From Flavobacteriales bacterium (GTDB lineage Bacteria > Bacteroidota > Bacteroidia > CAIKAF01), in contig JANWWP010000034.1 of the NCBI GenBank assembly GCA_025055575.1, forward strand, positions 273 to 64,272: 64,000 nucleotides of DNA. Direction: 5' to 3'. How positions within the stretch are numbered: the stretch's first letter is position 1; each line of letters begins with the position of its first letter. The translations under genes and the position numbers were made by a program. Under the pieces are notes generated by a model, which did no database searches, had not been told where the DNA came from, and saw nothing but the letters and a program-made list of their open reading frames with translations. Below are positions 30,663-40,414 of this stretch, piece by piece.

Positions 30663-31127
30663 TTATTCCCTGTTTTTTTTTGGACTCACAACCCATATTT
30701 GATCTTCCACCACATAGGCCGAAGGATACCACAATCTAATTTTTTGACACAGGGCAGCGGCTTCCAAAAATGTTTGAAAATCCCCTAAGCGGATTTTGAA
30801 ATTAGGCGCTTCGTAGGTGAGATAGACCGGCATACCGGGAAATTTTTGCTGGATATCGGAACGCACTTTAAGGGCCCGATCTTTCGACCCCGAGCCGGAC
30901 TCGGCGGCCACTTGAACACGGAAACCCTTTTGGCGGATTTCGCCTTCCGAAATTTTCAGAAGAGCTCTTTGGGAAGATGCGTCAGGCAGCAGGATGACCT
31001 TCCCGGCCCCATCGGCTTGATAGGGATTCTGAGCCCGCAGCCCGCTTGTCGCTAGCCATTCGAAAGCACATGCCAGCGCCAAGCCGAATAGGGTTTTGCA
31101 AAATGCATGAGGGTTTAAAAAGTTCAC
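30663..31127 (-). CDS. SPOR domain-containing protein (peptidoglycan-binding, septal targeting)
   Basis: There is a signal peptide. The C-terminal approximately 75 aa, 'FRVQVAAESGSGSKDRALKVRSDIQQKFPGMPVYLTYEAPNFKIRLGDF', has the SPOR fold. Confidence 0.6.
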   Translation of the reverse strand: MNFLNPHAFCKTLFGLALACAFEWLATSGLRAQNPYQADGAGKVILLPDASSQRALLKISEGEIRQKGFRVQVAAESGSGSKDRALKVRSDIQQKFPGMPVYLTYEAPNFKIRLGDFQTFLEAAALCQKIRLWYPSAYVVEDQIWVVSPKKNRE

Positions 31128-31154
31128 GGCACTAAATTAAAGAGGTCCAGGGCC

Positions 31155-31448
31155 TCATTTTTTCCGCATGTTTTTATTGGCTTGTTTCAAATGTTTTTTC
31201 ATGCGTTTGCGAGTGGCTTTGTCCTGGATGGCCAGATGTCTTTTGCGTCCGTACTCAGCCGCTCGCTTAGCGGCTTTCTCATTTTCTTTTTTGACCCGCT
31301 TAATGTCTTTTTTCACCTGAGCCGGAGATTTCTCGCCCTTGTTGGAGAATTGGGCTGAAGCCATTAAAGGCATCCAAAGAAGACTTGTTAGAAAGATTAG
31401 GCCAGATATTACATTTTTTCGAAAAGGGCCGCGTCGACTCTGTGGCAT
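31155..31448 (-). CDS. small secreted Lys/Arg-rich protein (97 aa), unknown function
   Basis: A signal-peptide-like N-terminus is followed by a highly basic tail (KKENEKAAKRAAEYGRKRH...KKHLKQANKNMRKK). Confidence 0.4.
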   Translation of the reverse strand: MPQSRRGPFRKNVISGLIFLTSLLWMPLMASAQFSNKGEKSPAQVKKDIKRVKKENEKAAKRAAEYGRKRHLAIQDKATRKRMKKHLKQANKNMRKK

Positions 31449-31480
31449 AGCTCTATATCAGGAGGATATAATTTTGTAAC

Positions 31481-31954
31481 GTGATGCCGTTCTTTTATGT
31501 TGTGTATGTTGTGAGAGGGACAAAATATTTTCTAATTCTCATCGGGGGATTCACGATAGGCCTCATGCCGGGTCTGACGGGGTGTAAAAGTAACCGGAAT
31601 CCAATGATTCCATCCGTTCCTGTGAATGTGGTTTTGAATCTTGGAAATCCGCAATTCAGCGCTTTGAATGTCCCGGGCGGGTATGTGGTATTGCCCGATG
31701 AGGGATCCCGTGGCATCATTGTGGTGCGCGTGAATGTGGACGATGTGGCGGCCTTTGATCTGCACTGTCCTCAGGATGTGAATAATCCATGTGGGAAAGC
31801 CCAACCCGATCCCAATGGCCTAAAGCTGGTGTGCCCTTGTTGCACCTCCGAATGGAACATTTTATCCGGACAAACGATAAAAGGGCCCTCTGTGTGGCCT
31901 TTGTTCAACTATCGCACCTCTTTTGACGGGATGGTAGTCCGCGTTTTTAATTGA
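31481..31954 (+). CDS. lipoprotein with a Cys cluster (degenerate Rieske-like motif)
   Basis: The lipobox 'LTGC' follows a hydrophobic leader. The motif 'HCPQDVNNPCGKAQPDPNGLKLVCPCCTSEW' has Rieske-like spacing (CxH...CxxH), but Cys replaces the His ligands. Confidence 0.45.
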   Translation: MMPFFYVVYVVRGTKYFLILIGGFTIGLMPGLTGCKSNRNPMIPSVPVNVVLNLGNPQFSALNVPGGYVVLPDEGSRGIIVVRVNVDDVAAFDLHCPQDVNNPCGKAQPDPNGLKLVCPCCTSEWNILSGQTIKGPSVWPLFNYRTSFDGMVVRVFN

Positions 31955-31961
31955 ATGCCTT

Positions 31962-33110
31962 GTGAAACAAACCGGACAAGTGGCTTTGGTGCACGACTGG
32001 TTCCTTCAAAGAGGCGGAGCTGAAGAAGTGACGGTTCAGATCTTGAAAATCCTTCAGCCCCTTCAGCCGGATGTCTTTGCCATTTTCAGCAGCCCCTCCA
32101 CCATGAAAGCCTTAGATCCTGGAGGGGCATCGTTGAAAGTTCATACGTCTTGGCTCAACCGCTGGCCTTGGTTCCGCAAAAACCACAAAATCCTTTTGCC
32201 CTTTTTCCCAAGTGCCATGGCGGGCCTCAAGACAGAACTTTATCCTGTGGTGATCAGCAGCAGCCATTCTGCTGCAAAAAACCTTCGGAAAGGCCCCCAT
32301 GCACTGCATATTTGCTATTGCCACACCCCTTCTAGGTATTTATGGGTTTGGGAAAAAGAATATTTACAGGATTATGGACTCTACCGTCCTTTTTTTTTCT
32401 CTGTGGTTCAAAAACATTTGCAGAGGCTTCGGCAATGGGATAAAAGAGGCTCCCAGGGCGTGGATTTTTTTATTGCGAATTCGAGGCACATCGCAGGGCG
32501 GATTAAGGAATTTTATGGATGCGAATCCACGGTCATCTATCCTCCTGTGGATATAGACTATTTCTGCCCTGGACCTGCCGAAAAGGGCCGGGATTATTAT
32601 TTCACATCCTCCCGGGATGTCCCCTATAAAAAACTGGATATGATTGTGTGGGCTTTTAATCAAATGCCAGGCCGACGCCTTGTTCTGGCTACTCAGCCCT
32701 CGGCCGTGCCTCGGTTAAAAGCCCAGGCTGCATCTCACGTGGAGGTGGTGCCTATGGGGTCCCGCCACGATTACCGGGCTTGGCTCAGGGGCGCCCGGGC
32801 CTATGTTTTTGCGGCCCGGGATGATTTTGGTATTGCTCCTGTGGAAGCTATGGCTTGCGGCGTTCCTGTGCTGGCTCTGGCGCGCGGCGGGGCTTTGGAA
32901 ACCGTGCAGGAGGGCGTGAACGGTTGTTTTTTTGAGCATCAGACTGTGCGAAGTATTATGGAGGGAGTAACTCGGTTTGAAAAGAACTTTTCAGCCTCTC
33001 CACAAAGCATCCGATCCAGTGTTCTGCGCTTTTCTCGTGATAGATTTGTTCAGGAAATGCGCGCTTTTCTTAAGGAACGTTTACCGGATGCTTTGGGGGC
33101 GCGTCTATAA
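31962..33110 (+). CDS. glycosyltransferase family 4 (GT-B, group 1)
   Basis: The N-terminal 'ALVHDWFLQRGGAEEV' and the C-terminal 'EAMACGVPVLA...GGALETV' EX7E-type motif are present. Confidence 0.8.
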   Translation: MKQTGQVALVHDWFLQRGGAEEVTVQILKILQPLQPDVFAIFSSPSTMKALDPGGASLKVHTSWLNRWPWFRKNHKILLPFFPSAMAGLKTELYPVVISSSHSAAKNLRKGPHALHICYCHTPSRYLWVWEKEYLQDYGLYRPFFFSVVQKHLQRLRQWDKRGSQGVDFFIANSRHIAGRIKEFYGCESTVIYPPVDIDYFCPGPAEKGRDYYFTSSRDVPYKKLDMIVWAFNQMPGRRLVLATQPSAVPRLKAQAASHVEVVPMGSRHDYRAWLRGARAYVFAARDDFGIAPVEAMACGVPVLALARGGALETVQEGVNGCFFEHQTVRSIMEGVTRFEKNFSASPQSIRSSVLRFSRDRFVQEMRAFLKERLPDALGARL

Positions 33111-34260
33111 TAACTTCCTCTCTTTACGACCTCTCTTAGCTGGCTGGGCTTTGATGGTTCTTGCGTGCTGTGTGCCCACTTCATTTTTCTTTTTACAGTC
33201 TTTGCCTTTAGCTTTAGGTTTCCTATTTACTTTCTCCTTAAGGCCGCAATTTGTGTTTCAGCACCCCCTGATTGGGCTGTCTTTCTGGATTTTTATGTTT
33301 TTGATGGTCTGGATGTGGCTGGTGAATGGTTCAGATCTCTTCCAAGTGGGGGCCTTTTCCTCCAGCTACTTGTTTGCGTTGGGAATACCTTGGCTCATGC
33401 TACACGCTGGCGAAAAAACATCTTTTCGTCCCGAAAGATATTTTCTGATGATGTCTTGGAGCACAGTTTTAGTGGGGATATATGGAGTTTCCATAGTGGT
33501 TTTCAATGGATTTGATGCAGGATTTCTGCCAGAACATTCCTGGACTTATAAATTCAGGGAAGAATTTGCCCGGCACACCGGATTGCATCCACCCTACTAT
33601 GGCCTGTTCGCTTCTGCTTCCATTGTTTTTTTCTTACACAGCAAGGCTCTCATACACCGGCGGATTCTGTATTTTTTGCGTTGGCTGCCCATCATTTTTC
33701 TCAGCGGCCTTTTGCTGGCCCTCGAAACCCGCATCCACTTGCTGACCCTTTTTCCTTTGTTAATCCTGTTTTCTCCATCGGCCCGCCTGCCGTTATTGGT
33801 ATTGCTTTTCCTAGTGGGGATAGTGATGTGGTGGCGGCCTCAATCCAGGTTTCAGGAGTTGATAGAAAGGACGCCCAATTCAGCCACCTTACGATGGGAA
33901 TCCTGGCGATGCGGCTGGCAGGTGTTCCGAGAGAATCCCTGGACAGGAGCGGGGGCGGCGTCTGTGCAATCCAGGCTGGATGCCTGCTATGCCGGTAAAA
34001 GTCCCGGGTTGCTCCACATGAATACCCACAACCAGTTTTTACATTTTCTGGCAAGCGGTGGGGGGGTGCCCTTCATCCTTTGGCTTTTCGAATGTGGTTT
34101 AATTATTTATGTTTTTGGGATCAGAAAAAATTTTCCTGCGCTCATATGCACGGGAGTATTTTTGGCTTTTTGTTGCACAGAAAATGTAATGGAACGGCAA
34201 TGGGGCGGATGTTTTATGGGCTTCTTGACGGGTTTAGCGTGGAATTCACTAAAAGAATAA
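33088..34260 (+). CDS. O-antigen ligase (Wzy_C/RfaL-like) family polytopic membrane protein
   Basis: There are about 10 TM helices, and the large periplasmic loop carries 'HNQFLHFLASGG', typical of the O-antigen ligase domain. I chose the start at 33088, which overlaps the GT4 end by 23 bp. The track start at 32977 overlaps by 134 bp. Confidence 0.65.
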   Translation: MLWGRVYNNFLSLRPLLAGWALMVLACCVPTSFFFLQSLPLALGFLFTFSLRPQFVFQHPLIGLSFWIFMFLMVWMWLVNGSDLFQVGAFSSSYLFALGIPWLMLHAGEKTSFRPERYFLMMSWSTVLVGIYGVSIVVFNGFDAGFLPEHSWTYKFREEFARHTGLHPPYYGLFASASIVFFLHSKALIHRRILYFLRWLPIIFLSGLLLALETRIHLLTLFPLLILFSPSARLPLLVLLFLVGIVMWWRPQSRFQELIERTPNSATLRWESWRCGWQVFRENPWTGAGAASVQSRLDACYAGKSPGLLHMNTHNQFLHFLASGGGVPFILWLFECGLIIYVFGIRKNFPALICTGVFLAFCCTENVMERQWGGCFMGFLTGLAWNSLKE

Positions 34261-34268
34261 TTTAAAAC

Positions 34269-35225
34269 ATGGAAGCAACGGCCTCCGGTAATGCGCGCTT
34301 TGCTGTCTTGGACTGTGGCACCAACACTTTTAATCTGTTAGTGGCCGAGCCTTCCGGGAGCACATTTCGCGTGGTGCATCAGGCCAAAATTCCCGTCAAA
34401 TTGGGGAAAGGTGGGCTAAAAGGACGTGAGCTTAAAGAAGAAGCCATTCAAAGAGCAGAGATAGCTTTTAAGGAATTTGGGGAAAAACTGCGCGTGCTCA
34501 AACCAGATAAAGTGTACATTTCCGGAACTTCGGCAGTCCGTTCGGCCCGAAACGGCTACCGGGTGCAGGAAGCCTGTTTGCAACACCTGGGCCATCCCAT
34601 GCACGTGATTGACGGTCCCCAAGAGGCGGAATTGATTTTTCGCGGGGTAATGTTCAGCGGCGTTTTGGACGACTTGGATTCCGCACTCATCGTAGATATC
34701 GGCGGCGGCAGTTGCGAGTTCATCATGTATGCGCACAAAGCGCCGGTGCATATGACCAGTATTGAAATCGGCGTCAGCCGCCTCACCGATGACTTTGCCA
34801 CTTTCGATTTTCCGCATCCGGACGCGCTGGACCGAATGAAATTTAAACTTCAGGAGACACTCAGGCCGTTGCAGGCCGTGGTGCAGGAATACCGGCCCAG
34901 CGTTTTGGTGGGTTCCTCGGGCACTTTTGATACTTTCGAAGATATGTTGGAAGCCCAGGGCCTCCTTATGCGCCGGGAAGGCAACTGGTCCGGGTATTCG
35001 GAAAACGCCTGTGCGAATCTTTGTGAGAAACTGCTGGACTGTGATTTGGAAGGCCGCTTGCGCATGCCGGGCATCACAGCCTTCCGGGCTGAAATGCTGC
35101 CGGCCGCAGCCCAGTTGGTTCTGATTTTGTTGAGCATGAACTCTTTTAAGGAAGTGCGCACCTGTCACTTTGCCATAAAAGAAGGTATTTTATTTTCTTT
35201 GATGCACAATAAACGTCTGCCATGA
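34269..35225 (+). CDS. Ppx/GppA family phosphatase (exopolyphosphatase / pppGpp phosphohydrolase)
   Basis: The ASKHA fold motifs 'FAVLDCGTNTFNLLVAE', 'ISGTSAVRSARN' and 'ALIVDIGGGSCEF' are present. Confidence 0.8.
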   Translation: MEATASGNARFAVLDCGTNTFNLLVAEPSGSTFRVVHQAKIPVKLGKGGLKGRELKEEAIQRAEIAFKEFGEKLRVLKPDKVYISGTSAVRSARNGYRVQEACLQHLGHPMHVIDGPQEAELIFRGVMFSGVLDDLDSALIVDIGGGSCEFIMYAHKAPVHMTSIEIGVSRLTDDFATFDFPHPDALDRMKFKLQETLRPLQAVVQEYRPSVLVGSSGTFDTFEDMLEAQGLLMRREGNWSGYSENACANLCEKLLDCDLEGRLRMPGITAFRAEMLPAAAQLVLILLSMNSFKEVRTCHFAIKEGILFSLMHNKRLP

Positions 35226-36406
35226 GCACAGTACTCATTGTGGATGATGAAAAAAGCATCCGCAATATTTTATCTGAAATTTTAAAAAATGAGGGCTTAA
35301 ACGTTCTGGAAGCGGAAAACGGCCCACAGGCTCTGGAATTATTTAAAAAGCAAGGGCCCGATTTGGTGTTCTGCGACATCAAAATGCCGGGAATGGATGG
35401 CGTGGAACTGCTGAAAGCCATGATGGAACACAATCCGGAAACGCCCGTGGTGATGCTCAGCGGGCATGGTACCATAGAAACGGCTGTGGAATGCATTAAA
35501 TCTGGAGCTTACGATTTTATCAGCAAACCTGTCGATCTGAACAGGTTGTTGGTGACCTTGCGTAATGCTTTGGAGAAGAAATCGTTAGTTCGAGAAACAA
35601 AAAGTCTAAAAAAATCCGTAACCCGATCCAAATACAAAGAAATTATCGGACAATCCGAAAGCATTCAAAAAATTCGCGAATTGATAGCCCGTGTGGCGCC
35701 TACGGATGCCCGCGTGCTGATCACGGGGAGCAACGGCACAGGCAAGGAGCTGGTGGCCCGAGCCATTCATGCCCTTAGCAAACGCAGCGAACAGCCCCTC
35801 ATCGAAGTAAATTGCGCCGCCATTCCTTCAGAACTTATTGAAAGCGAGCTTTTTGGTCACGAAAAAGGATCCTTTACCTCAGCCCTCAAAACACGCAAAG
35901 GCAAATTTGAATTGGCCCACGGCGGTACCCTTTTTTTAGATGAGGTAGGCGATATGAGTTTGGCCGCTCAGGCCAAGGTGCTTCGGGCTTTGCAGGAAAA
36001 TAAAATCACCCGGGTGGGCGGGGATGAAGAGATAAAGGTGGATGTGCGGGTGATAGCCGCCACAAACAAAGACCTGGAAGCCGAGATACGGAAAGGCAAC
36101 TTCAGGGAAGATCTGCTGCATCGGCTGGCCGTCATTCCTATTCACGTGCCGGACCTCAACGACCGGCCAGAGGACATACCGATTTTGGCCCAACATTTCC
36201 TCAAGGAAATTCTTCAGGAACAGAATATGCCTCCTAAAAAATTTACGAATGAAGCCCTCGAAGAGCTCACCCGCATCCGTTGGAACGGAAACGTACGAGA
36301 ATTAAGGAATGTGGTGGAGCGGTTGGTGATTCTTTGCGACAAAGTGATCACGGGCGAGGATGTCCGCACTTTTGCAAAACCTGCCAAGTCAAGAGCCTGG
36401 GAATGA
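35222..36406 (+). CDS. sigma-54-dependent response regulator (receiver + AAA+ activator) lacking a C-terminal HTH
   Basis: The receiver domain reads 'ILIVDDE...[14 protein letters not shown]'. The AAA+ module has Walker A 'GSNGTGKE' and the GAFTGA-variant '[10 protein letters not shown]', followed by 'GNVRELRN'. The protein ends about 30 aa after that, so there is no Fis-type DNA-binding domain. It is ATGA-coupled to both neighbours. Confidence 0.8.
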   Translation: MSTVLIVDDEKSIRNILSEILKNEGLNVLEAENGPQALELFKKQGPDLVFCDIKMPGMDGVELLKAMMEHNPETPVVMLSGHGTIETAVECIKSGAYDFISKPVDLNRLLVTLRNALEKKSLVRETKSLKKSVTRSKYKEIIGQSESIQKIRELIARVAPTDARVLITGSNGTGKELVARAIHALSKRSEQPLIEVNCAAIPSELIESELFGHEKGSFTSALKTRKGKFELAHGGTLFLDEVGDMSLAAQAKVLRALQENKITRVGGDEEIKVDVRVIAATNKDLEAEIRKGNFREDLLHRLAVIPIHVPDLNDRPEDIPILAQHFLKEILQEQNMPPKKFTNEALEELTRIRWNGNVRELRNVVERLVILCDKVITGEDVRTFAKPAKSRAWE

Positions 36407-37395
36407 GAAAACCGGGAACGGCGCAGGCCGTTGAACTGGCCGAGAGTATCCGCCAGGGAGACCGAAGAGCCCTTGCGCAGGCCATCACACTGGTGGAAAG
36501 CCAGAATCCTGAAAAAAAAGCCTTGGCATCCGATATTCTCAAGATTCTTGCACCCGAAGGGGAACAGAGCTTCAGAATTGGCATCAGCGGTATTCCAGGC
36601 GCCGGTAAAAGCACGCTCATAGAGTCCCTGGGTTTAGAACTCATTGAAAGAGGTCATCGTGTGGCTGTACTGAGTATTGACCCTTCCAGTTTGCTATCAG
36701 GCGGCAGCATCCTTGGAGATAAAACCCGGATGGCACGCCTGGCAGCCCATCCGGAGGCCTACATTCGACCTTCGCCCAGCCGCACCCTGTACGGAGGCCT
36801 GGCGCCCCACACTTTCGAAACCATTTTTCTCTGTGAAGCCGCTGGCTTCGACCGAATCCTTATTGAAACCGTAGGTACGGGACAGTCGGAAACAGATGTG
36901 GCTTATGTAGCGGATTTTCTTTTGCTTATCAATGTTCCAGGTCAGGGGGATGACCTCCAGGGTGTGAAGCGGGGTATCATGGAACTGTGCGACATGGTGC
37001 TCGTGAACAAAGCAGAGGATCCCGAAGATCCGGCTGTCCAACGGGCACTGTCTTTTATCCGACAAGCCCTGAATTTTCTTCCCTCCCGGCCACATGGTAT
37101 GCCCGTTCAGGTGAAAGCGGTTTCCGCCCTAAAAGGCTTGGGAATTTCAGAACTTGCTGAGGATTTGGAAACCATATTCGTACATCAAAGAAAAGACGGC
37201 TATTGGAAGCGCTCCAGGTTGGAAAAACTTCAATTTGTTTTTACGCAGCACTTACGCAATGCCTTTTGGTATCAAATTCAGGCCCAACCGAAACTAAAGG
37301 AAGTTTTTGCGCGGGCTATGGCGGAATTAAAATCCCATCCTTACTGTCTGTACCGACTTTCGGAAAGTGTGTTGAAAGCCTGGCTCGGAAACTAA
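36403..37395 (+). CDS. meaB: MeaB/ArgK-family G3E GTPase (methylmalonyl-CoA mutase-associated metallochaperone type)
   Basis: Walker A 'GISGIPGAGKSTLIE', 'ETVGTGQSE' and 'NKAED' (NKxD) are present. I chose the start MRKPGT at 36403, which overlaps the regulator's stop. Confidence 0.8.
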   Translation: MRKPGTAQAVELAESIRQGDRRALAQAITLVESQNPEKKALASDILKILAPEGEQSFRIGISGIPGAGKSTLIESLGLELIERGHRVAVLSIDPSSLLSGGSILGDKTRMARLAAHPEAYIRPSPSRTLYGGLAPHTFETIFLCEAAGFDRILIETVGTGQSETDVAYVADFLLLINVPGQGDDLQGVKRGIMELCDMVLVNKAEDPEDPAVQRALSFIRQALNFLPSRPHGMPVQVKAVSALKGLGISELAEDLETIFVHQRKDGYWKRSRLEKLQFVFTQHLRNAFWYQIQAQPKLKEVFARAMAELKSHPYCLYRLSESVLKAWLGN

Positions 37396-38330
37396 GCAAA
37401 AAGCTTCATACCATCCAGAACATCGCACACCTCTTTGACGGCGGCCGCTGATTTTCGGAGGAGATCCATTTCTCCATCATTCAATTTCAGTTCGATGATT
37501 TTTTCCACGCCATTTTTCCCCAATACAACCGGAACACCAAGGTAAATATTTTCGAGACCATATTCTCCTGTGAGCCAGGCACACACCGGCACCACCCGCT
37601 TCTGGTCGCGTACGATGGCTTCCACCATCTGGGCTGCGGCGGCCCCAGGGGCATACCAAGCGCTGGTGCCCATCAGATTCACGAGTTCGCCGCCACCTTT
37701 TTTCGTTCTTTCTACAATGGCCTGAATACGCTCCTCCGGCAGAAATTCTGACACAGGAATACCGCTGATGGTGGTGTAGCGGGGCAAGGGCACCATAGTG
37801 TCACCGTGTCCGCCCAGGAGCATGGCTTGTATTTCCTTGGGCGATACGCCCAGCTCTTCAGCAAGGAACGCCCGGTAGCGGGCTGTGTCCAAAATGCCGG
37901 CCATGCCCATGACCCGGCGGCTGTCGGTGCGCGCGGTGAGATAGGCACAATAGGTCATTACGTCCAGCGGGTTAGAAACCACAATGATGATGGCATCCGG
38001 AGAATAGCGCACCACATTTTCCGTGACGGATTTAACGATACCGGCGTTGGTGGCGATCAGATCATCCCGGCTCATACCCGGCTTGCGCGGCAGTCCGGAC
38101 GTGATCACCACCACCGAAGATCCGGCTGTCGGTTCATAATTATTGGTGAAACCTTTCACACGGCTGTCATACATATTCACGGGGGCGGTTTGCCAAATGT
38201 CCAGGGCTTTACCTTCTGCAATACCCTCTTTGATGTCGATGAGGATGACTTCATTGGCCAGCTCTTTATGAGCTATGACGTTGGCACACGTGGCGCCCAC
38301 ATTTCCTGCGCCGATTACGGTGATTTTCAT
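37392..38330 (-). CDS. mdh: malate dehydrogenase (LDH-like MDH)
   Basis: The Rossmann motif 'MKITVIGAGNVGAT', 'ITSGLPRKPGMSRDDL' and 'GGHGDTMVP' are present. I chose the start MKITV (38330). Confidence 0.9.
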   Translation of the reverse strand: MKITVIGAGNVGATCANVIAHKELANEVILIDIKEGIAEGKALDIWQTAPVNMYDSRVKGFTNNYEPTAGSSVVVITSGLPRKPGMSRDDLIATNAGIVKSVTENVVRYSPDAIIIVVSNPLDVMTYCAYLTARTDSRRVMGMAGILDTARYRAFLAEELGVSPKEIQAMLLGGHGDTMVPLPRYTTISGIPVSEFLPEERIQAIVERTKKGGGELVNLMGTSAWYAPGAAAAQMVEAIVRDQKRVVPVCAWLTGEYGLENIYLGVPVVLGKNGVEKIIELKLNDGEMDLLRKSAAAVKEVCDVLDGMKLFA

Positions 38331-38430
38331 AGATGGTTCAATGGCGCGCAAAGTAATAGCATTCATCTAATTTATACAAGCGCTTTAGCCCTCTTTTTCC
38401 TGCCTGTTACGACAAAAAATTGATGTAACT

Positions 38431-40404
38431 TTGCATTCCTTTATTTTTCGCGTGAACCTTACCGAACCACCCCAAGATTTTCAGGCCCAGCCAGCCCCTT
38501 CCGGTCAGGCTGAAGAAACCAGTCCTGTGACCGGGTCGTCTTCTTTGGAAGTCTGGCATTCCGATACGGAGGAATATGATGAAAGCGGTGTTCTGAATCA
38601 TCTGGATTCCGAATCCGAGGAATCTGAAAGTCAGCAGGCCGACCTGAACCAGGCCGATCCGGAACTGTATTTCGAAGATCTGGCGCAGGTGCTCACACGT
38701 TTTAGAAAATTAGTGCATGAGGGCGCCTTTTTAAAAAATCCTTCCTTATTTTATCAATACAAAAACCGCTTTCACCAGCTTTTTGACCAAGCCCGGGAAC
38801 AAGCCGAGGAAAAGTTCCAGCAGAACCGCAGCGAGGAGGATGATGCATTTGAATACACCCCGACAGCTGAGGAAAAAGAAGCGCGGAAGCTATTGGAACG
38901 CGCAGAAAGCGAATTGCGTGAGGCTAAAAAGCGTCGCGAAAGGGAGCTGCAGGAGAACCTTCTGAAAAAGGAGGATATCCTGGATGAAATGCGCCTCACC
39001 CTTCAGAATCTTCCGGTGCAGGAAGCCATAAAAAAAATGGGCGAGCTGCGGCAACGCTGGCGCGAAACAGGTCCGGTGCCGGCTTCTAAGAGTGAGGAAA
39101 TCTGGAAAAATTACCAGCACTGGAACCAAATGTTCACCCAGTTGCTGGAACGCGACAAAGAGCTTTTCGAGGAGGAACTGAGAAAGAATCTGGCTGAAAA
39201 AGAAAAAATCATCCTTGGGCTAGAAACCTTGTTACAAATGCCTTCGGCGCTAAAGGCGGTTCAGTTTATACAACCTTACCGCAAGAAATGGGCGGAGACC
39301 GGGCCTGTGCCCAAGGAAAAATCCAAAGAATTGTTCGAGCGCTTCAAAAGTGTACTGGATAAAATTTATTCCCGGCGCAATGAAGAATTGCAAAAACTCC
39401 GCGAAATCTGGCAAAAAAATAAAGAGGCCAAGGAAGCGCTTGTGTTGAAAGCCATGGAAGTGGCCGAAAGACCGATTGAAAATTATGCCCAATATAAAGA
39501 TGCCCTGGCCCAGCTGAACGAGTTGATGCATCAATGGAAGCAGGTGGGACGTACCTCTTTTGAGGATACAGAAAGCCTGTGGAACCGGTTTTCGGAACCG
39601 CGGAAACTGGTGAATAAAAAGTGGCAAGACTGGCGTCGCAAACGCAACTATGAGTTCCGGAAAAATGCAGAAGAAAAAGAAAAAATCATTCAGGAAGCGC
39701 AGCAACTGTTGTCACCGGATAACTGGAAAGAGGCCACCCAGCACATGCTGAAACTCCAGGAAAAATGGAAAAACATTGGACCCGCAGGCAAGGAGAGATC
39801 CGAAGAACTCTGGAAGAAGTTTCGTGAAATCCAGGATGCCTTTTTCCAGAAAAAAAAGGCTTTTTTTGATGAAATTCCTAAAATTTATCAGAAGAATAAA
39901 GAAGCCAAGGAAGCCCTGATATCCCGGATTGAAAATTTTGAGGTGCCGGAAGGATTCCATTACGATCAAGCGCTCCAGGAAGTAAAATCGTGGCGCCAGG
40001 AGTTTTCCCAAATCGGACATGTGCCCCTTGCCGATAAAGCCTCACTGGAAGAGCGCTTCAACGAGGTGGTGGATCGCTTTTTGGCCCGCTTCCAAGCGGA
40101 CCGGAAAAAAGCCGAGCGCGATAGCTTTCGTGTCAAAATTCAGGAAATGCAGGAAAACGGCGCCGTGGATACCGACAAACTCAAAGCTGAAGTCCGGGGC
40201 CTGCGTCAGAAAATTGAAAAGCTCAGAGCCGAGATGAATCAGCTCGAAAACAACCTAAAGTTTTTCCAGTTTGCCAAAAATGCGGAGGCCCTTAAAAAGC
40301 CTTATGAGCAAAAACTGGGACAGGTGAAAGAACAGATTGAAGTGCAGGAAGCCCGTCTCCACACCCTTCAGCTGGCTTTGAAAAAAGCCGGGGTCAAGGG
40401 GTAG
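38431..40404 (+). CDS. DUF349 domain-containing coiled-coil protein
   Basis: There are at least five tandem Trp-containing repeats of about 75 aa of the DUF349 type (…W…F…EIQ…FF…K…). The N-terminus is acidic. The track start is a TTG, and an in-frame GTG at 38452 is an alternative. Confidence 0.7.
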   Translation: MHSFIFRVNLTEPPQDFQAQPAPSGQAEETSPVTGSSSLEVWHSDTEEYDESGVLNHLDSESEESESQQADLNQADPELYFEDLAQVLTRFRKLVHEGAFLKNPSLFYQYKNRFHQLFDQAREQAEEKFQQNRSEEDDAFEYTPTAEEKEARKLLERAESELREAKKRRERELQENLLKKEDILDEMRLTLQNLPVQEAIKKMGELRQRWRETGPVPASKSEEIWKNYQHWNQMFTQLLERDKELFEEELRKNLAEKEKIILGLETLLQMPSALKAVQFIQPYRKKWAETGPVPKEKSKELFERFKSVLDKIYSRRNEELQKLREIWQKNKEAKEALVLKAMEVAERPIENYAQYKDALAQLNELMHQWKQVGRTSFEDTESLWNRFSEPRKLVNKKWQDWRRKRNYEFRKNAEEKEKIIQEAQQLLSPDNWKEATQHMLKLQEKWKNIGPAGKERSEELWKKFREIQDAFFQKKKAFFDEIPKIYQKNKEAKEALISRIENFEVPEGFHYDQALQEVKSWRQEFSQIGHVPLADKASLEERFNEVVDRFLARFQADRKKAERDSFRVKIQEMQENGAVDTDKLKAEVRGLRQKIEKLRAEMNQLENNLKFFQFAKNAEALKKPYEQKLGQVKEQIEVQEARLHTLQLALKKAGVKG

Positions 40405-40414
40405 TTTTCAAAAA

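Noticed and set aside
32977-33087. Upstream extension of the O-antigen-ligase-like ORF (track start 32977)
   Set aside because: It would overlap the GT4 gene by 134 bp. The internal ATG at 33088 gives a 23-bp overlap and starts just before the first TM helix.
38331-38430. Possible divergent promoter or small ORF between mdh and the DUF349 gene
   Set aside because: The spacer is 100 bp with no ORF above about 20 aa. I could not see a convincing TAnnTTTG box on either strand, so it is left unannotated.
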